From Octopus sinensis (taxonomy: Eukaryota), in contig NW_021827220.1 in assembly GCF_006345805.1 (NCBI RefSeq), positions 1 through 11,080 on the forward strand: DNA of 11,080 nt, written 5' to 3'. The notes below the pieces were generated by a model. That model was given only the letters and a program-made list of their open reading frames with translations, did not search any database and was not told where the DNA came from. Positions 8,370 through 11,080 of this stretch are shown here, in pieces. How positions within the stretch are numbered: position 1 is the stretch's first letter; every line of letters begins with the position of its first letter. The translations under genes and the position numbers were made by a program.

Positions 8370-8690
8370 CTTCCTTCGTCTTTTTATCTCTACCAAAATC
8401 TACCTCCACATCTCTTCACTTCTCAACGTCTTTCTATCCCCTCTCTGTTTAACTCTTCCATTCTTGTCTTATTCATTCACTCACTCTACCTCATCACCCC
8501 TCTAATTCCCCCTCTGTATTATAGAACTTTAACTTCTTTCCACCTCTCCTCTATTACTCACGTTATTCCTTCTTTCGTTACTCGTTCTCCTCCCTTTCAC
8601 ACTATTTCTCTTTCGCTCGCCTTATTGTAGGCTGACTACTATCTCTTGTGCCCTCTTTCTTTCTCCATTACACTCTATCATTTACATATT
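8370..8690 (+). repeat. Pyrimidine-rich (CT-rich) low-complexity tract
   Basis: Strong C/T bias with very few G on the + strand; probably a decayed (CT)n/(CTTT)n repeat. Confidence 0.6.
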
Positions 8691-8747
8691 TATCTATGTG
8701 TGTGTGTGTGTGTTATGTTGTTTTGTCTGAGTGTGTGTCTTTTGTAG

Positions 8748-8845
8748 ATGATTACCTTCTCCGTGCGTAATGGCGCCATATATTTTGATACCCGTCCTGT
8801 AAAGCGTATATGTGGGTGTATGTTGGCAACACCGATAGGTGGCGT
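8748..8845 (+). other. Candidate 98-nt exon (coding status unknown)
   Basis: Acceptor-like GTCTTTTGTAG| before 8748 and donor-like |GTGAGT at 8846-8851 flank a GC/CpG-richer unique block. One frame is open (MITFSVRNGAIYFDTRPVKRICGCMLATPIGG), with no homology that I recognise. Confidence 0.22.
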
Positions 8846-8940
8846 GTGAGTAGCAGGTGCTCTGATGTTGTTGATAGTGGTAATGGTGAAAGTGTGTGTC
8901 AGCATAAATGAATGCTACGTTTTGGCTGTCGAGTATCTGC

Positions 8941-8976
<36 letters not shown>
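8941..8976. repeat. (TAG)12 microsatellite
   Basis: Twelve perfect TAG units. Confidence 0.97.
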
Positions 8977-9107
8977 AAATATGTTTCATGCAGTATTTTC
9001 CTAGAACTTCCGCCACAACACTACTTAAAATGATTATACACTGCGAAGATGGATCCATTGTGCTATAAGACACCGCCAATACCACCACTCTATCAATCTT
9101 CTTACCT

Positions 9108-9109
<2 letters not shown>

Positions 9110-9176
<67 letters not shown>
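9110..9176. repeat. (CA)n(TA)n compound microsatellite
   Basis: Direct reading. Confidence 0.97.
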
Positions 9177-9239
9177 ATCTTTCTTTTTCTCTGTTTCACC
9201 TTTCTCAGTAAAGCCACTACTTTTCCCTTCGCGCGTGTA

Positions 9240-9395
9240 AAGGCGTTAGAGACAACCCGGCGCAGTTGCTAAAGCAACGGACAGAAAGTCATACGCTATT
9301 TTGTTCTGACACTATACGTTCTGAGTTCAATTCCCATCGAGGTCAAATTTGCCCACCACTACTTTACACTTTAAGTACCTTTAGTGCACTTGATC
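9240..9395 (+). mobile_element. Diverged SINE family C copy (non-inverted)
   Basis: B-box GAGTTCAATTCCC (9323-9335) lies within ACGTTCTGAGTTCAATTCCCATCGAGGTCAAATTTGCC, followed by AAGTACC. Homologous segments occur at 5487-5528 and 5783-5812 in reverse orientation. Confidence 0.65.
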
Positions 9396-9711
9396 CTGTT
9401 GCAAGCGGCCCAGGTTTCCGAGTTGAGGACACCTTCCTCCTTCTCGCCAGTCTCAGAGGCCCTGTCACGAGTCATGAATACTGCCTTCACTTCTGACTAA
9501 AGAGAAAGAAACAAACTTAAAGAGAGGGCGCCGCTAACCAAATGAAAAAGCACACGTGGCTTAGCGTTTCAGATATTAATATTAGGTCATAGATGAGGGA
9601 CATTCTTCACAACCTTTTGTCAGCTGGCCTTCCTACTCTCCGGAATGGCGATCCTGAGACAGTAGTTGTCCTATCTGGGCATGGGCATAGACAGAGGAGA
9701 GAATCGTTCTT

Positions 9712-9970
9712 TTAAACAAAGCACCGTGTCAGACCTACCACTCAAAAGAAGTTAAATAAACTGGTGCATTATTGCGGTTAAAACAACAAGTGTTCAGTTG
9801 AGGCTACACAAACACATGGGGGTTAAAGCACCTCTTTAAACCTACTACTCAAAGAAGTTAAATATAACGGTGTGTTTGTTGTTTGGGATAAAAACTGCAA
9901 GTGTCTGATTGAGGCTACACTAAATCAAAGTGTTAAACAAAGCGCAGTGTTACACCAACCACTCAAAAAA
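9712..9970. repeat. Diverged ~110-bp tandem repeat, ~2.3 copies
   Basis: CCTAC(C/T)ACTCAAA(A)GAAGTTAAATA at 9734 and 9841, with a partial third copy at 9955. TTGAGGCTACAC at 9798 and 9909; CAAGTGT at 9787 and 9898; TTAAACAAAGC at 9712 and 9933. Confidence 0.85.
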
Positions 9971-9995
9971 ATATTCAAAATTCTAAAAAAAAAAT

Positions 9996-10026
<31 letters not shown>

Positions 10027-10363
10027 CAGAAGCTATTAGTTAAAATTTAATGCTAGAATATAACCGAGCTAAGTAATGTTACAGAATAGTAGATAGTACA
10101 TTTGCTGTGAAATTATTTCAGACATTTTGGTTTTTTTAGACATTCCAGAGAGAGAAATAAAAAGAAGAAATAAAAACGAAATTGTCCATTCTACAACTGC
10201 ATTAGTCAAACATTTTAATTTTAGTGCATCAAAAAACGAATTTATTCGAATTTATGCTTTTTTCTTTTCTTTTCTTTTCTTTATTTAAAAAAATTTTTTT
10301 TTTGTTATCGAAAGCAATCTTTGCACTCAGAAAGCTGCAAAACAAGAATAATTTCACGTCCTT

Positions 10364-10548
10364 CACCACCACCGCCGCCGCCGCAACTACCCACGATGAC
10401 AGCCACCTCCCCGCTGTCACCATCACTATCATCATTCATCACCGCGCCACAAGCTACCTTTATGACTTCCGCTACAGTCACCATCGTCACCACCGTCACC
10501 ACCACCATCACCGTCACCGCCATCACCACCACCACCATTGCCACCAGC
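10364..10548. repeat. Degenerate (CAC/CAT/CGC)n trinucleotide low-complexity repeat
   Basis: CAC-rich triplets give poly-His, poly-Thr, poly-Pro and poly-Val ORFs in several frames. Confidence 0.85.
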
Positions 10549-10861
10549 ACGGCTATTAGCCATTAACAGTTTCCCATTTTTTAATTGTCTACTTAATATT
10601 TTTTTCATTTTTTTTTATATTCTCAAATTCTCCCATAAAATTTTTCTATGAAATCTATGCCATTTCCATATCTCATTCTTTTGGGGATACAATTTTTTTT
10701 TCAAAAATTTATGCAAAAAATATATATATAACTATAAATTAAGTAATGCCATAGGGTTCCCCCACCTACTCAACAACTTCCCCACCGCCACCACTTATTC
10801 TAGGACATCAGGTTTTCATATTTTTTCAAGCTCTGCTATATTGATAGTCTTTTGTCTGACA

Positions 10862-10988
10862 GCTGTTTCTGTCATTGGACTGTAGACCGGTCTGTTTTGC
10901 GGAATCGCTAAGTTACTGGGAGGTAAACAAACCAACACCAATTGTTAAGCGGTGGGGTGGGGGGTGAGGGAAGGACAAACACAGACAT
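10862..10988 (-). mobile_element. Older SINE family A 3' half with internal deletion
   Basis: The reverse complement aligns with 2510-2600 (exact 15-mer GTAACTTAGCGATTC). It then jumps to the tail motif CAGTCCAATGACAGAAAC, skipping the segment seen at about 2605-2685. Confidence 0.75.
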
Positions 10989-10990
10989 GT

Positions 10991-11080
10991 ACTCTCTTTT
11001 ACTTGTTTCAGTCATTTGACTGCGGCCATGCTGGAGCACCAACTTTAGTCGAGCAAATCCACCCCAGGACTTATTCTTTG
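10991..11080 (-). mobile_element. SINE family A 3' tail, well preserved, running off the window edge
   Basis: The reverse complement CAAAGAATAAGTCCTGGGGTGGATTTGCTCGACTAAAGTTGGTGCTCCAGCATGGCCGCAGTCAAATGACTGAAACAAGTAAAAGAG aligns with 2622-2718. Confidence 0.9.

Noticed and set aside
9712-9970. CRISPR-like repeat-spacer array
   Set aside because: Eukaryotic context, whole units are homologous rather than unique spacers, and no cas genes are present.
10224-10566. His-rich, Thr/Pro-rich and Val-rich ORFs
   Set aside because: All arise from one (CAC)n-type repeat read in different frames, with non-ATG or unsupported starts.
10951-10974. G-quadruplex motif
   Set aside because: Only three separable G3+ tracts, and it is the variable C-rich linker of the SINE.

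Overview
AT-rich, repeat-dense eukaryotic non-coding DNA (intronic or intergenic). The tRNA-derived SINEs and (TA)n/(CA)n/(TATG)n arrays look like an octopus (cephalopod) genome; this is my recognition of the repeats, not a database result. No protein-coding gene can be supported, and nearly all listed ORFs are translations of microsatellites. The window holds a 1.3-kb degenerate (TATG)n array, about eight SINE copies or fragments of three apparent families, two minisatellite-type tandem arrays and a 133-bp TA-flanked inverted-repeat element. The main finding is a scatter of minimal type I hammerhead ribozyme motifs. One is fully canonical (8083-8152, minus strand, palindromic stem III), two are near-canonical (5138-5182 minus; 7224-7268 plus), and there are several decayed or half copies. 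This architecture is typical of Penelope-like element pseudo-LTRs and non-autonomous retrozyme-type elements. All structures were paired by eye and are untested.
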